Positions 37,465 through 50,284 of a stretch of 64,000 nucleotides of DNA are shown piece by piece; the first letter of the stretch is position 1; each line of letters starts with the position of its first letter. Below the pieces are notes generated by a model that saw only the letters and a list, made by a program, of their open reading frames with translations, ran no database searches and was not told the DNA's origin. This DNA is from Octopus bimaculoides. Lineage: Eukaryota. Both the position numbers and the translations under genes were made by a program. The stretch is taken from contig NC_068990.1 of the NCBI RefSeq assembly GCF_001194135.2, forward strand, positions 55,849,597-55,913,596. Reading direction: 5' to 3'.

Positions 37465-37613
37465 TATATAAGGAAATAATCCCGATGCATTCTTACAGTC
37501 GTTTTGCCCTTTATCCAAGCACGATCTTGTAGTGACATCTTTGATCCGGTTTTAATACCTGCCAGTTGAATCGGTTTCCTTAGTGTTTCATGTCAGGTAT
37601 TCGTTGGGTAAGC
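37465..37613 (+). promoter_or_regulatory. Candidate TATA + Inr core promoter with a first exon
   Basis: TATATAAG 37465-72; Inr-like ACAGTC with A at 37497 (32 nt from the TATA start); first ATG at 37590 (MSGIRW); donors CAG|gtattc (37597) and TGG|gtaagc (37608). Confidence 0.3.
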
Positions 37614-38584
37614 CATGAATTTCACAACATCACATGGTTATTTGTTTGACTGTTACCATTTCCCCACCACCCCAATCCTAAAAAAATCTCGTGTTTCATG
37701 CGTAATAAATAGTTATGCCCCTTAGCTTAAACGCTTATACTAAAATGCGTAGATACCATTTTACTGGATATAGAAATAATATATTAAATATCTCTTTCTA
37801 TGAAATAAAAATAAAAAAAATAAAAAATAAAGAAATAAAAAATACTAAGCAGCAGCAGCAGCAGCAGCAAGTCCAGAAAAATGATAGAAAAGATAGAAGT
37901 AAATCGATGGAATAGTATTTGGAAATGGTACAGACTGAAGGATAAGCAATATTGCTTTTAAATAGAATTCTTTGTACTACTATCTCTTGATCTTTAACAT
38001 TTCCATCGGTTGGAATATATTTAAAGTGTCTAATGTTTAAAAATGTATCTTATTGGTTTGTAGTGCTGATAGTTGTGGTGGTGGAGAATGCACATTGTAT
38101 CCTGTGGCTCTGCTACCTAATTTTCTGTTTTGATGGATAAATTATTAAGAGAAGCCGTTTTCATGGCTCTCGTACGTCTAAAGAATCATAATTTCGTAAA
38201 AAAAAAAAAAAAAAATGAAATAGAATAAAATAAAATAAAGTAAACAAGCAAAACAATAAAATAAAAGTAATAGTACTTTTGCTTATTTCTGCCGCCATCA
38301 CCGCCGCCATTATCGTCACTGTCGCTTCTGATGCTGCTGGTGATGCTATAACTACCATTATTGCTACACTAACTCCACTACTGCTGTCAATGATGTTATC
38401 CTCTTTGTGTTCTTTTGTTCTTGCCATGCCTCACAGTAAACACATTAAGCTGACCTGGAATGATGTTTCTGTTACGTATAACTGACGTGATGAAATTTAT
38501 GCCTCCTCTCCATTTAGTGGGTAGCTTTATAATTTTCTCCCTTTAATCGTTCGCTCTTTACATGAGTGCACTGACAGAGAGAGT

Positions 38585-38676
<92 letters not shown>

Positions 38677-38687
38677 GAGAGAGTGGA

Positions 38688-38723
<36 letters not shown>

Positions 38724-38832
38724 GTATACACACACACACATATACACATATAAATCTATATATACATGTATGGATGTATGTGTCCATATATGTATATACA
38801 TACATAAATATATATATGTATGTATATGTATG

Positions 38833-38867
<35 letters not shown>

Positions 38868-39111
38868 TTATACATATATATATATGTATATATATATATA
38901 TTTATATAGATGTATATATATATATTTAAACACATACACACACATATATGTATGTATATACATGAACAAATATATATATTCATACGTATGAATTAATGTA
39001 TATATACAAACACTTATATACTTATATACGTGTATATATTTATATATATTTATGCATATATACATACATATACATATGCATATATACACATATATACGCA
39101 TAAACACATAT

Positions 39112-39176
<65 letters not shown>

Positions 39177-39342
39177 TATATACATACACGCGCGCACACA
39201 CACACTCACATACATATACATATATATATATATATCTATAGATATACACACTTCACACATACTTCTATATAGAAGAGAAGAAGAGGAGAACGAGGAGGAG
39301 GAGTTAGATTGTAGTGTTATTTCATTTTATTTTCCTTGCTAG

Positions 39343-39449
39343 TTTACAGAGAGATAAAAACTGTTTTGGAAACAGCCATTAAAATGAATCTCGTTCACAA
39401 AATTGGCAATATTAGAATTGGAAGCAAGAACATTCGATCTGACTTTTGA
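39343..39449 (+). other. Candidate terminal coding exon (phase 1)
   Basis: Long pyrimidine tract ttcattttattttccttgctag| (V)YREIKTVLETAIKMNLVHKIGNIRIGSKNIRSDF*; no nearby AATAAA seen. Confidence 0.2.
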
Positions 39450-39910
39450 AATGTTTATTAATTGAAGAAACATCCAGCTTTTAAACTAAGAATTCCATCT
39501 AAATCTTTAACAACGACGTATCTTCTCTTACTGGCACAAAACTCTACTAATTTATCGAACATTTATCTGTTCTATACTCGTTACGCTTATATATAAGCAG
39601 GATTTAAAGAAGACTGCGCATGTTTCGGAGAAATCTACGAAAATCGTCATATTGTTCTTCTGTATCTTTTGTCTGTTATATGAAATTATCCCACTTGAAA
39701 TGGTACACGAGTCACTGACATACAAATGAAGTATATTGCGGTAGGTTTAGATACTTTGGGATAATGCTCTCAAAGATATGGAAAAAATATTTCCTTCCAA
39801 ACATAGTGGACATTACCAGATTTCGATTGAAGAAATCTCGAAGAAACTTAGGAGATCTTTCGAGATATTTCAATTCAATCAGTAAACTTTTAATAATTTC
39901 TAATCCTTTA

Positions 39911-40301
39911 TCCTTTTTTACTTGTTTCATTCATTAGACTGCAGCTATGCTGGGGCACCGCCTAGAAGAATTTTTAGGCGAATGAATCGACCCTAATACT
40001 TAATTTGTTTTTATAAAATCTGGTACATAATTTATCAGTCTCTTTTGCCGAACCGTTAGCGGTGTTGAGGGACAAACACAGACATAAAGACACACACACA
40101 CACGCATACATATGTGTATATCTATCTATCTATCTATCTATACGACGGGCTTCTTTCAATTTCCGTCAACCAAATCTACTCATAAAACATTTTTCGGCCC
40201 GAGGCTATAATAGAAAACACTTGCCGAAGGTGCCACACAGCGGGGACTGAACCCAGAACCATATGGTTGGTAAGCATGTTTCTTACCACACATCCACGTC
40301 T
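39911..40301 (-). mobile_element. SINE family B
   Basis: tttttacttgtttca..atgctggggcaccgcc..gacgggcttctttca..gactgaaccc..cttaccacaca. Confidence 0.88.
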
Positions 40302-40636
40302 GATACATTAAAAAAAAAAAATTACTTCAGATATGTGGTTTTTATCTCCGTCAATTATAAAACACTATCAATGACTCGTTTCATTGTTTCTCATTCTGAA
40401 ATGTCAGAAGACTGACTCTTCTTTAACATACAAAGTGTAAGGACAGGGGAAGAGTTGTTGTGTAATTCCTGTCAAACTCTCTAGCATGGCTTCACACTAT
40501 AAGCTTAAATACAGATCTGTGGGTCTTGCTATATAAAATACTTTGAAGATGATTGCTGGGCTTCTCTCATGATGCGGTGCATTGTGAGAAGCTTCAGTTT
40601 AGCACATAAACATACATCACACACACACACACACAC

Positions 40637-40692
<56 letters not shown>

Positions 40693-41154
40693 GCATACAT
40701 TCATAAATATGTATGATGCAAGCATATATGTGTGTGTTTGTGTTGCGTGTGTGTATTTATGTATTTAAGTAATGCTGTCACAACGACACATTGCGGAGTT
40801 CAAAAGCTATTTGTGCTAAGCTGTAAACTTCATTAACCATTTTGATTAGAGCCTGGTAGTGTTACCACAATCCTTTTTTCCTTAGTGGTTTGTTTAGATC
40901 TTTTAAGGTCCATTTACATCCCTCTTTTTTGTTTTTGTTTTGTTTTTCTGCAAACTTCATCGTGTCTCTCATTAACCACACATCCGCAAACATAACTAAT
41001 ACATTACACGTTGTTAGAAGGGAAAATTAATTGCTATTTATTTATTTATTTATTTATTTATTTATATCGCAATTTGTGAACAATAGCGCCATTAATTAAA
41101 GGTTTCCAGTGCCTCAATTACTCGTTCACTGTATTACTGACAATGAAAGTAACC

Positions 41155-41445
41155 GGCATTTTGTCAGTTACGACGACGAGGGTTCCAGTCGATCCGCTCA
41201 GTGAAACAGTCTGCTTGTGAAGTTAACGTGCAAGTGGCTGGGCACTCCACAGACACGCGTACACTTAATATAGTTCTCAGGGAGATTCAGCGTGACACAA
41301 AGTGTGACAAAGCTGGCCCCTTTGAAATACAGGTACTACTCATTTTTGCCAACTGACGGAACTGGAGTAACGACGTGAAATAAAGTGTTTTGCTCACGGA
41401 CACACACGACGCCAGGAATCGAACTCACGACCTCGCGATTGCAAA
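41155..41445 (-). mobile_element. Chimeric SINE (D-type head and centre, C-type tail)
   Basis: ggaatcgaactcac (B box, reverse), gtgaaataaagtgttttgct (D centre), gacgacgagggttccag (C tail). Confidence 0.8.
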
Positions 41446-41824
41446 TGTGACTGGATGCAATGAGATCGCGTAGCTTTACATTAATCTAAAATGAGACAGT
41501 AATGGTGAAAAAGTTTTTGAGCACACGTCTGTTATGTCAGGACTGATCTTTTGACTAAAGAATAAAACCAAAAAAGAAAGAAAAAATCCATATTTCCGAA
41601 ATATAAAACACTTTTTAACTACATGACCAATTTTTTTAAAGTGGAACATTGTCAAATGAATCTAGACAGTAAATCTTATAAACCTCATTCGGGCGAACAT
41701 CAAAAAAGAATCTGATAAAAATTTGAACTAGAAATTTCACCTAAAGGGCTAAATTGTTTTATTTGGTTTCAGTGATCAGACCCTGTTAAATTCTTAGTCA
41801 AACACTTGTTGAATATTGATTTCA

Positions 41825-41935
41825 ATTTTTGACACAAGGCCAGCAACCTAGGGGGATAAGTCGATTACATAAATCCCAGTGTACAACTGGTACTTGTTTT
41901 ACCAACCCCAGAAGGATAAAAAGCAAAGTCTTGGG
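41825..41935 (-). mobile_element. SINE family A, 3' fragment
   Basis: gacacaaggcc..aagtcgattaca..actggtacttgtttt..aaagcaaagtc. Confidence 0.65.
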
Positions 41936-42477
41936 CTTATGCGATGTTTACCGATAGAAAAACACAACAAAACAAAACAAAATAAAAACAGTTTAGATAC
42001 ATTAGTATCTAATAAAATGGATTGTATAAGATAGAGACAGTATAGTTAGAATAAACTACAAACAGAAACTAGCATAAGTTTATCAAATAAAATAGTATAG
42101 TTACAAATAGAATATCTGATATAGTTCTACTAATGGTATAGCTGCAATAGGACACCAATGGTATATAACTGGCGTAAGTTTATCAATAATATAACTGGAA
42201 TAATTTACTTATAGAATATCTAATACGTGTTAGTAGAATGGCTGATACAAGTTAGTAACAAGTAACTGCTACAGGATTTTTCTTTATTGTTTAGTGAGAG
42301 GAGAACGGGTAGCACACTTAATAGATCTTCAAGGTCTGAAAGATTGATTGTGGAAAGATGTTAACCTCAGACCTGGAGACTTTATTTGATTGTTTCCAAC
42401 AGAGTGGACTCCATTAATGACACCTAAAGAACAGATGATGTTAAACTGGGCGATGGATAAAATTTAGTAATAATAAT

Positions 42478-42795
42478 TGGCACTCCGTCAGTTACGATGA
42501 CGAGGGTTCCAGCTGATCCGATCAACGGAACAGCCTGCTCGAGAAATTAACGTGAAGGTAGCTGAGCAATCCACAAGCATGTATACCCTTAACGTAGTTC
42601 TCGGGGAGATTTAGTGTGACACAGAATGTGACAAGGTTGACCCTCTGAAATACAGGTTCTACTCATTTTTGCCGGTTGAGTGGACTGGAAACGTGAAATA
42701 AAGAGTCTTGTTCACGGAAAGAACACACTGCCGGAAACCGAACTCACGACCTTGCGATCGCGAGCCGAATACCCTAACCGCTAAGCTACATGCCT
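42478..42795 (-). mobile_element. Chimeric SINE (same architecture as 41155)
   Basis: tggcactccgtcagttacgatgacgagggttccag..cgtgaaataaagagtcttg..gaactcacgacc..ctaaccgctaagc. Confidence 0.82.
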
Positions 42796-43360
42796 TTAAT
42801 TACTAACAGTGGAGTGCATATAGGATACCAATCTACTAATAATGTATCTTAGTAGAAGTTAGCAAGAGCACAGATGGCATACTTTATCAATAAAAGATCT
42901 GGCGTGCGCTACTAGTGTTAAGAGAACAGTTAAAGTCTGAATCAGAAATACTCACATCTCCATCCGCCATACTTATTTTTTCCTTACCTGTCAGGTAGAC
43001 ATCCGTAGCATAAGTCGGAGAATCTAGTTCAGACATTCAGTAGTTTTTCGTGATATTTTAACATGTAATAAATTGGTCTATGACATTATATTATAGCAAC
43101 ATCGTTATTATTCCAAACCAATTTTGGCTGCGTTGAAGCCATTGAATTTGGTATTATAATGTCTTATTTTATAGTATTTCAATGTCAGTGCTTTCTTTTT
43201 TTTTTTGTTTTGTTTTTCTTCTCTCTTCCATAAATTTATGTGAATAGTTCGAAGAGTAGAAGACCTTAATAAACTAAGACTGATCTGATCAGATTTATTT
43301 AATGCAGAAAAATTATGAAAAATGTTGAAACGAAATTATTTGGACGTATTTTGCTTTCAG

Positions 43361-43500
43361 GCAGATGCATATAACACAAAAGTAGCAGTTTTAGTTTACA
43401 GAATGAGGAAAAAATTGAATAAGGAGCATCTAAAACTGAATATGACATAACTATTTATTGTTGTTGTACAAAACCTGCATGATAACAAGTATTGAATAAA
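43361..43500 (+). other. Candidate terminal exon with polyadenylation signal
   Basis: gtattttgctttcag| ADAYNTKVAVLVYRMRKKLNKEHLKLNMT* (43361-43450, the only long frame); AATAAA at 43495-43500. Confidence 0.35.
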
Positions 43501-43912
43501 GCCTGTTGCTTGGTTTTAGAATTGGATCAATGAATCTTTATAATATCACAAAAGGTGTCTCTTGCAGAATGAAATGACATAAAAACAAAATAGTGCGACT
43601 AAATTTCTTTTTAACAGCGAGAAGAATACATTTTAAAAAGACAATGTGAATAGCAGTGTAGCTTATAAGATAGATACCAGTTGTTATTCCAGGCATAACG
43701 TATCTAGGAACATATTCGCTAATACGTCCGTTGCTTTTCATAGAAGTATAAACAAAGAAAGAATTTTGTTGCTATATTTAGAAGGTAGAGCCACAATGCA
43801 TTTAAATATCTGTTAATAAAATAACTAGTGGCTTCTATGATGTCCAGTTATTTTATTTACTGATTTTGATATATTCGTAAATAGATTGCAATATTTCTTT
43901 CTCATAGTCACA

Positions 43913-44162
43913 GGCGTGGTGTAACGTAGCTATGTGATAAGAAGTTTACTTCTCAGCCACAAGGTTCTGAGTTCAGTCCCACTGCGTGCCTATATACTAC
44001 TTTGAGCAAGAGTCTTCCACTACAGCACCGTCCGCCCAAAGCCTTGTGAGTAGATGTGGTTGACAGAAACCGAAAGTCCGTCGTGTATGTGTGTGTGTGT
44101 ATATTATATACATATATATATATATATATACACACGCACGCGCACACACACACACACACACG

Positions 44163-44207
<45 letters not shown>

Positions 44208-44440
44208 ATGTATCTTTGTGTGTGTCTTTGTGTTTGTGTTTCTCCCACCAGCGCTTGACAGCCGGTGTTGGTTTGTTTATGTCCTAACTTAGCGGTTCAG
44301 TTAAAAGTTACTGACAGAATAAGTGCCCAATCTTACTTTTAAAAAAAAGGCCTGGGTCAATTTTCCGGCTAAACCATTCGAGGTGGTGCCCCAGCATGGC
44401 TACATTTCTAACAAACTGAAACAAGTAAAAGGAAAAAGAT
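43913..44440 (+). mobile_element. SINE family B with internal (TG)/(TA)/(CA) tract
   Basis: gagttcagtcccactgcg..aaagccttgtgagt..gtccgtcg[microsatellite]..ttagcggttc..ctgaaacaagtaaaagg. Confidence 0.85.
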
Positions 44441-45459
44441 TAATTGATAATGGATTCTCTCGTCGCTCCGACGAATGACAGCCCGCTGTTCTTAGTTAAG
44501 TGTTTTATGAACTGACTTATGAAGAAAGTTTGATGGTGTTGGTGTTGATATCTTGGTTTGGTGAACAACCTGGACGATGAAAATTATCATACTGGGCATG
44601 ATTTGTGCAGAATTATTCTCACTCTCACGTCCTTCAAACTTCTGTTGGTCTGGTGCAATAAACTCTGAGAACCCAGTATTATCAGCGAGTATGGAGCTAT
44701 TTGTATGGAGTTATCTTCTCTTATATGAGTAACTAAAAAGCAGAAGGGCCTCAACTGACCTAAGTCCCATCGAGCTGTCTGTGAGTGAACTTCTCAGGAA
44801 GACAATTCCGTGGCATGCTAATTAACCAGGTGCAACTACTGCGGGTCGGGGTAGAGTTGGGAACAATAGTGGTCGAGAAGCAGATCCGGATTAGGACATC
44901 ACTACCGAATACAAATTAAGGCAAAACCTACTAAAACGCAAGTCAAATATTACAGCGATTATACATTTCGAAAGCAAAAAACTGGAGCAGAAATATATTG
45001 ACCTTGTTGGAAGCAAGAGCAAGTAAGGGAAAAAATCACCCCCCACCCAGTAAAATTTTAATTGAGAACATGAAAAGACGTAAAATATATGACTAAAAGC
45101 ATTTGATAATTTTGGATGGATGGTACTTGTTAACACACACACAGGCACACACACATAAAGAAGTATGCTTAACACAAGGTATTCTTAATATTGTTAGTTC
45201 CATATATANNNNNNNNNNNNNNNNNNNNNNNNNNNNNNNNNNNNNNNNNNNNNNNNNNNNNNNNNNNNNNNNNNNNNNNNNNNNNNNNNNNNNNNNNNNN
45301 NNNNNNNNNNNNNNNNNNNNNNNNNNNNNNNNNNNNNNNNNNNNNNNNNNNNNNNNNNNNNNNNNNNNNNNNNNNNNNNNNNNNNNNNNNNNNNNNNNNN
45401 NNNNNNNNNNNNNNNNNNNNNNNNNNNNNNNNNNNNNNNNNNNNNNNNNNNNNNNNNNN

Positions 45460-45496
<37 letters not shown>

Positions 45497-45636
45497 GTAT
45501 ACATGTATACATATAGGCATACATATATACATATCTGTATGTATGTGCGTATGTGTATATGAATATATATACATATATGTATATGTATGTATAGACATTT
45601 ACACACAAACACGCACACACACACACAAACACACAT

Positions 45637-45698
<62 letters not shown>

Positions 45699-46407
45699 NN
45701 NNNNNNNNNNNNNNNNNNNNNNNNNNNNNNNNNNNNNNNNNNNNNNNNNNNNNNNNNNNNNNNNNNNNNNNNNNNNNNNNNNNNNNNNNNNNNNNNNNNN
45801 NNNNNNNNNNNNNNNNNNNNNNNNNNNNNNNNNNNNNNNNNNNNNNNNNNNNNNNNNNNNNNNNNNNNNNNNNNNNNNNNNNNNNNNNNNNNNNNNNNNN
45901 NNNNNNNNNNNNNNNNNNNNNNNNNNNNNNNNNNNNNNNNNNNNNNNNNNNNNNNNNNNNNNNNNNNNNNNNNNNNNNNNNNNNNNNNNNNNNNNNNNNN
46001 NNNNNNNNNNNNNNNNNNNNNNNNNNNNNNNNNNNNNNNNNNNNNNNNNNNNNNNNNNNNNNNNNNNNNNNNNNNNNNNNNNNNNNNNNNNNNNNNNNNN
46101 NNNNNNNNNNNNNNNNNNNNNNNNNNNNNNNNNNNNNNNNNNNNNNNNNNNNNNNNNNNNNNNNNNNNNNNNNNNNNNNNNNNNNNNNNNNNNNNNNNNN
46201 NNNNNNNNNNNNNNNNNNNNNNNNNNNNNNNNNNNNNNNNNNNNNNNNNNNNNNNNNNNNNNNNNNNNNNNNNNNNNNNNNNNNNNNNNNNNNNNNNNNN
46301 NNNNNNNNNNNNNNNNNNNNNNNNNNNNNNNNNNNNNNNNNNNNNNNNNNNNNNNNNNNNNNNNNNNNNNNNNNNNNNNNNNNNNNNNNNNNNNNNNNNN
46401 NNNNNNN

Positions 46408-46452
<45 letters not shown>

Positions 46453-47195
46453 CATACAAATATATATATATATATGTATATATATACATATAAATATTTA
46501 CTTATATATATAGATAACATTTTATATGTACTATATATTCTCATATATATAAAAATTATACATATATGTCTGATATGCCTTATATATCCTATATATCGTA
46601 TATTTATTTTATAATTATGTATATGATATATATATTATATAACCACATATGTAATATATTTCCTGTTACATATGTTATAATATATTATATTGTCTATATA
46701 TTATGTAATATATTTGTATATAAATATATATGTATCATATATATTTCATATATGTATTTTGTATATGCACAGACACATAAATCAGTATTTACATTTGTAA
46801 ATATATATTTGTATGTTTATATAAATGCGTGTATGTGTGTTGTGCATACTAAGCACACATATTAATCAGTTCTATTTAATACAGAAACATACTCCACCAC
46901 ACGTACATATATTAAATTGAGATATTTGGTCGATATCTGATGAGGTGTTGCGCATACCTGCGCCCATTATGTGTGTGTGTATGTGTTTTGTGTTTCTTTC
47001 GCCCGTAAGTTCTTTTACCGTCCCTCTGTGCCACCTTTTTCATTACATATATAGGCGTATGAACATATATTTCTATATATATCGTCATACATTTATATAT
47101 ATATATATATATATATATTACATATATTTATGTATTATATGTCCGTATGTATATATTATGCACATACAGAACTCTCTATATGTATATTTGCATGC

Positions 47196-47246
<51 letters not shown>

Positions 47247-48329
47247 CAATCGCCGAGTAGTTTCCAGAAATGGTTCATTGCCAATAGCTATTGCTAATAT
47301 ATATATGCATTAGAGAAAAATTCTTTGAACAACACCTTTGTATTTGAAGTTTAATAAACGAATTATTTGCTGTATTTGTTTCCAGACGTCAAAATATGTC
47401 GACATATCTTATCTGGAACATTCCGAAAGCTTATAGCAAATATTTCCCTCTCTTCTAATTAGAACGAGCGCTTTGTATTTGTTTTCTTCCATTTCACGTT
47501 TGAACTGACCAACGTGGGAACATTTCTAACATTTAATTGGAGGTCTGTATGTTCATCTACAAAATACTTCTCTTGCTAAATCATTTATTCATGCCTTTAA
47601 ATTTTCTTTCTTGTATTCATTTCCTCCGATTCCATCGACTTTTCTTCGATTATTTGAACTAAATAGCAAGTAGCGATCAGAGTTGAAGGAGCCGTGGTCG
47701 TGGATTTATGTACGGTATGCTATAGCATGGTTTGAACCGGTGTATCAATTGAGTAATTCTAGTTATAAACAATATTACGTGCAATGGCCTCATTGTTAGA
47801 GTCGCAAGTTTTCTGGATCAAAGAGAGGATTCTAACATTGTCTTGCTTACGATATTAAGATCAATACAAAGAATTCAACAATGCTTCTTTCACGGTACCA
47901 ATATCAATGCTATGATTTCTACACTGTTCTTGCTGATGTTGTTATTGCAGTTACTGTAATTGCCGTTGTAGTTGTCGCCGGTGTTGTCGTTGTTGCTGCT
48001 GTTGTTTGTTTTGTTATTGCTTCTGTTTCTGCTCATATTGCAAGCTAAAGAAGATTCATATATTTCTGAATCTGAGAATACCTGAGGCATAATAATTGAA
48101 ATACTAATACAAAATTAATCAAGCTCTTTCTAGATGTCGGTTTTGGTTTTGTGTTTTCTTCCTAATATGATTCTTTTATGTGTTTTTGGACCAAACACCA
48201 GCAGCTTTGTTAGATGTAGAGTTTGCAATATTAATTTCTTTCAAGGGCCAATAGATGGCTGCATCAGCAGAATAATGGGAAAAAAGAAAGAAAAAATATG
48301 CCCTGTGGTATTTGTTTAAGTCTATTAAC

Positions 48330-48430
48330 ATCCTGAATTCAAAATCCCATCGGGGTAGATTTTGCTTTTCATCGTTCAGAAGGTCGTTAAATAAGTACCT
48401 GTCAAGTACTGGGGTCACGTGACTCTACTA
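48330..48430 (+). mobile_element. SINE family A fragment, decayed
   Basis: gaattcaaaatccc..ttttgcttttcatc..aaataagtacctgtcaagtactggggtc. Confidence 0.6.
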
Positions 48431-49355
48431 TTCCTGACCAAAAAAAAAAAAAAAAAAANNNNNNNNNNNNNNNNNNNNNNNNNNNNNNNNNNNNNNNNNN
48501 NNNNNNNNNNNNNNNNNNNNNNNNNNNNNNNNNNNNNNNNNNNNNNNNNNNNNNNNNNNNNNNNNNNNNNNNNNNNNNNNNNNNNNNNNNNNNNNNNNNN
48601 NNNNNNNNNNNNNNNNNNNNNNNNNNNNNNNNNNNNNNNNNNNNNNNNNNNNNNNNNNNNNNNNNNNNNNNNNNNNNNNNNNNNNNNNNNNNNNNNNNNN
48701 NNNNNNNNNNNNNNNNNNNNNNNNNNNNNNNNNNNNNNNNNNNNNNNNNNNNNNNNNNNNNNNNNNNNNNNNNNNNNNNNNNNNNNNNNNNNNNNNNNNN
48801 NNNNNNNNNNNNNNNNNNNNNNNNNNNNNNNNNNNNNNNNNNNNNNNNNNNNNNNNNNNNNNNNNNNNNNNNNNNNNNNNNNNNNNNNNNNNNNNNNNNN
48901 NNNNNNNNNNNNNNNNNNNNNNNNNNNNNNNNNNNNNNNNNNNNNNNNNNNNNNNNNNNNNNNNNNNNNNNNNNNNNNNNNNNNNNNNNNNNNNNNNNNN
49001 NNNNNNNNNNNNNNNNNNNNNNNNNNNNNNNNNNNNNNNNNNNNNNNNNNNNNNNNNNNNNNNNNNNNNNNNNNNNNNNNNNNNNNNNNNNNNNNNNNNN
49101 NNNNNNNNNNNNNNNNNNNNNNNNNNNNNNNNNNNNNNNNNNNNNNNNNNNNNNNNNNNNNNNNNNNNNNNNNNNNNNNNNNNNNNNNNNNNNNNNNNNN
49201 NNNNNNNNNNNNNNNNNNNNNNNNNNNNNNNNNNNNNNNNNNNNNNNNNNNNNNNNNNNNNNNNNNNNNNNNNNNNNNNNNNNNNNNNNNNNNNNNNNNN
49301 NNNNNNNNNNNNNNNNNNNNNNNNNNNNNNNNNNNNNNNNNNNNNNNNNNNNNNN

Positions 49356-49500
49356 CCAGTAGACTACTGGGGGGGAGGGGGGGCAATGTAATCGACTTAT
49401 CCCTCCCCTCGAAATTACTAGCCTTGTACCAAAATTTGAAACCAATGTTAATTTCATTAGGTACCAGTTGAACACTGGGGTTGTGGTAATCGACCAACAT
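49356..49500 (+). mobile_element. SINE family A 3' fragments
   Basis: tactgggg..gtaatcgactt..gccttgtaccaaaatttgaaacc followed by gtaccagttgaacactgggg. Confidence 0.6.
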
Positions 49501-49800
49501 TAATTCCTTTTAATTCCAATATTAATTCTATTTAAACGAAAGCACAATAGGGAGGTGATTTTGCGAGACGGCTGAAACCCGATTCTTGAGCATCTTGAAA
49601 AACATGTTGCTCATAATTTTCTTATACACATGAAGGATCAATAAAATGCAAGATAAGCAATGTCATTTATAAATATATTCTCGAAATTATTAACTTTACA
49701 ATATAGTTATATAATCATAGATAAATACTACATACACATACACAATTCTTTGTGCGCGCGGAAACACAAACACATATGCATACAAACATAAACACACATA

Positions 49801-49833
<33 letters not shown>

Positions 49834-49943
49834 TACATACATACATAAAAATATAGAGTTCTATATTTAAGAGATGAGGAATTATTTACATTATTTACAT
49901 TATTTACATTTGACGGATATTTGTCCTCATCTTGTTTGTTGTC

Positions 49944-49981
49944 AACACAACGTTTCGGCTGATATACCTTCGTCAGGTGTC
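49944..49981 (-). ncRNA. Hammerhead motif with stem II mostly deleted
   Basis: GACAC-CUGACGA-A-GG-uauaucag-CC-GAAAC-GUU-GUGUU. Confidence 0.55.
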
Positions 49982-50019
49982 TTGGGGAAATTTCGAACCC
50001 AGGTTCCAAATTTCCCCAA

Positions 50020-50065
50020 GACACCTGACGAAGGCTGAAGGGTATATCAGCCGAAACGTTGTGTT
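50020..50065 (+). ncRNA. Minimal type I hammerhead ribozyme motif, intact core
   Basis: Stem I GACAC(50020-24)/GUGUU(50061-65); CUGACGA(50025-31) plus extra A; stem II GGCUGA/UCAGCC with 8-nt loop; GAAAC; GUU triplet; self-complementary AACGUU in place of helix III. Confidence 0.75.
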
Positions 50066-50229
50066 GACAACAAACAAGATGAGGACAAATATCCGTCAAA
50101 TGTAAATAATGTAAATAATATATATATATATAGATATATATCACATGAATATACAATGATATTTAATACATTCATATTCCAATATATTTTCACACATGTC
50201 TAAACGGAGATAGTTCATGCGATTGTATT

Positions 50230-50284
<55 letters not shown>

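Larger units (their letters stand above)
49881..50119. mobile_element. Head-to-head fold-back pair of PLE-type terminal repeats
   Basis: 49890-49993 is the reverse complement of 50008-50119 except for an 8-nt deletion (ctgaaggg) in the left arm; centre gaacc-ca-ggttc; 9-bp tgtaaataa tandem tails (3 left, 2 right). Confidence 0.85.

Noticed and set aside
42330-42410. NLRPGDF motif resembling a BEL/Pao C-terminus
   Set aside because: Too short and interrupted by stops; no other LTR-retrotransposon features
42988-43036. Minus-strand first exon MSELDSPTYATDVYLT with donor CAG|gtaagg
   Set aside because: Weak start context, no promoter motif, and no compatible downstream exon identified
44450-44930. 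GC-richer block that may be a retroelement remnant
   Set aside because: No interpretable motif in any frame and no second copy in the window
46937-46965. CUGAUGA followed by a hairpin (possible hammerhead)
   Set aside because: No GAAA after the stem and no stem I partner
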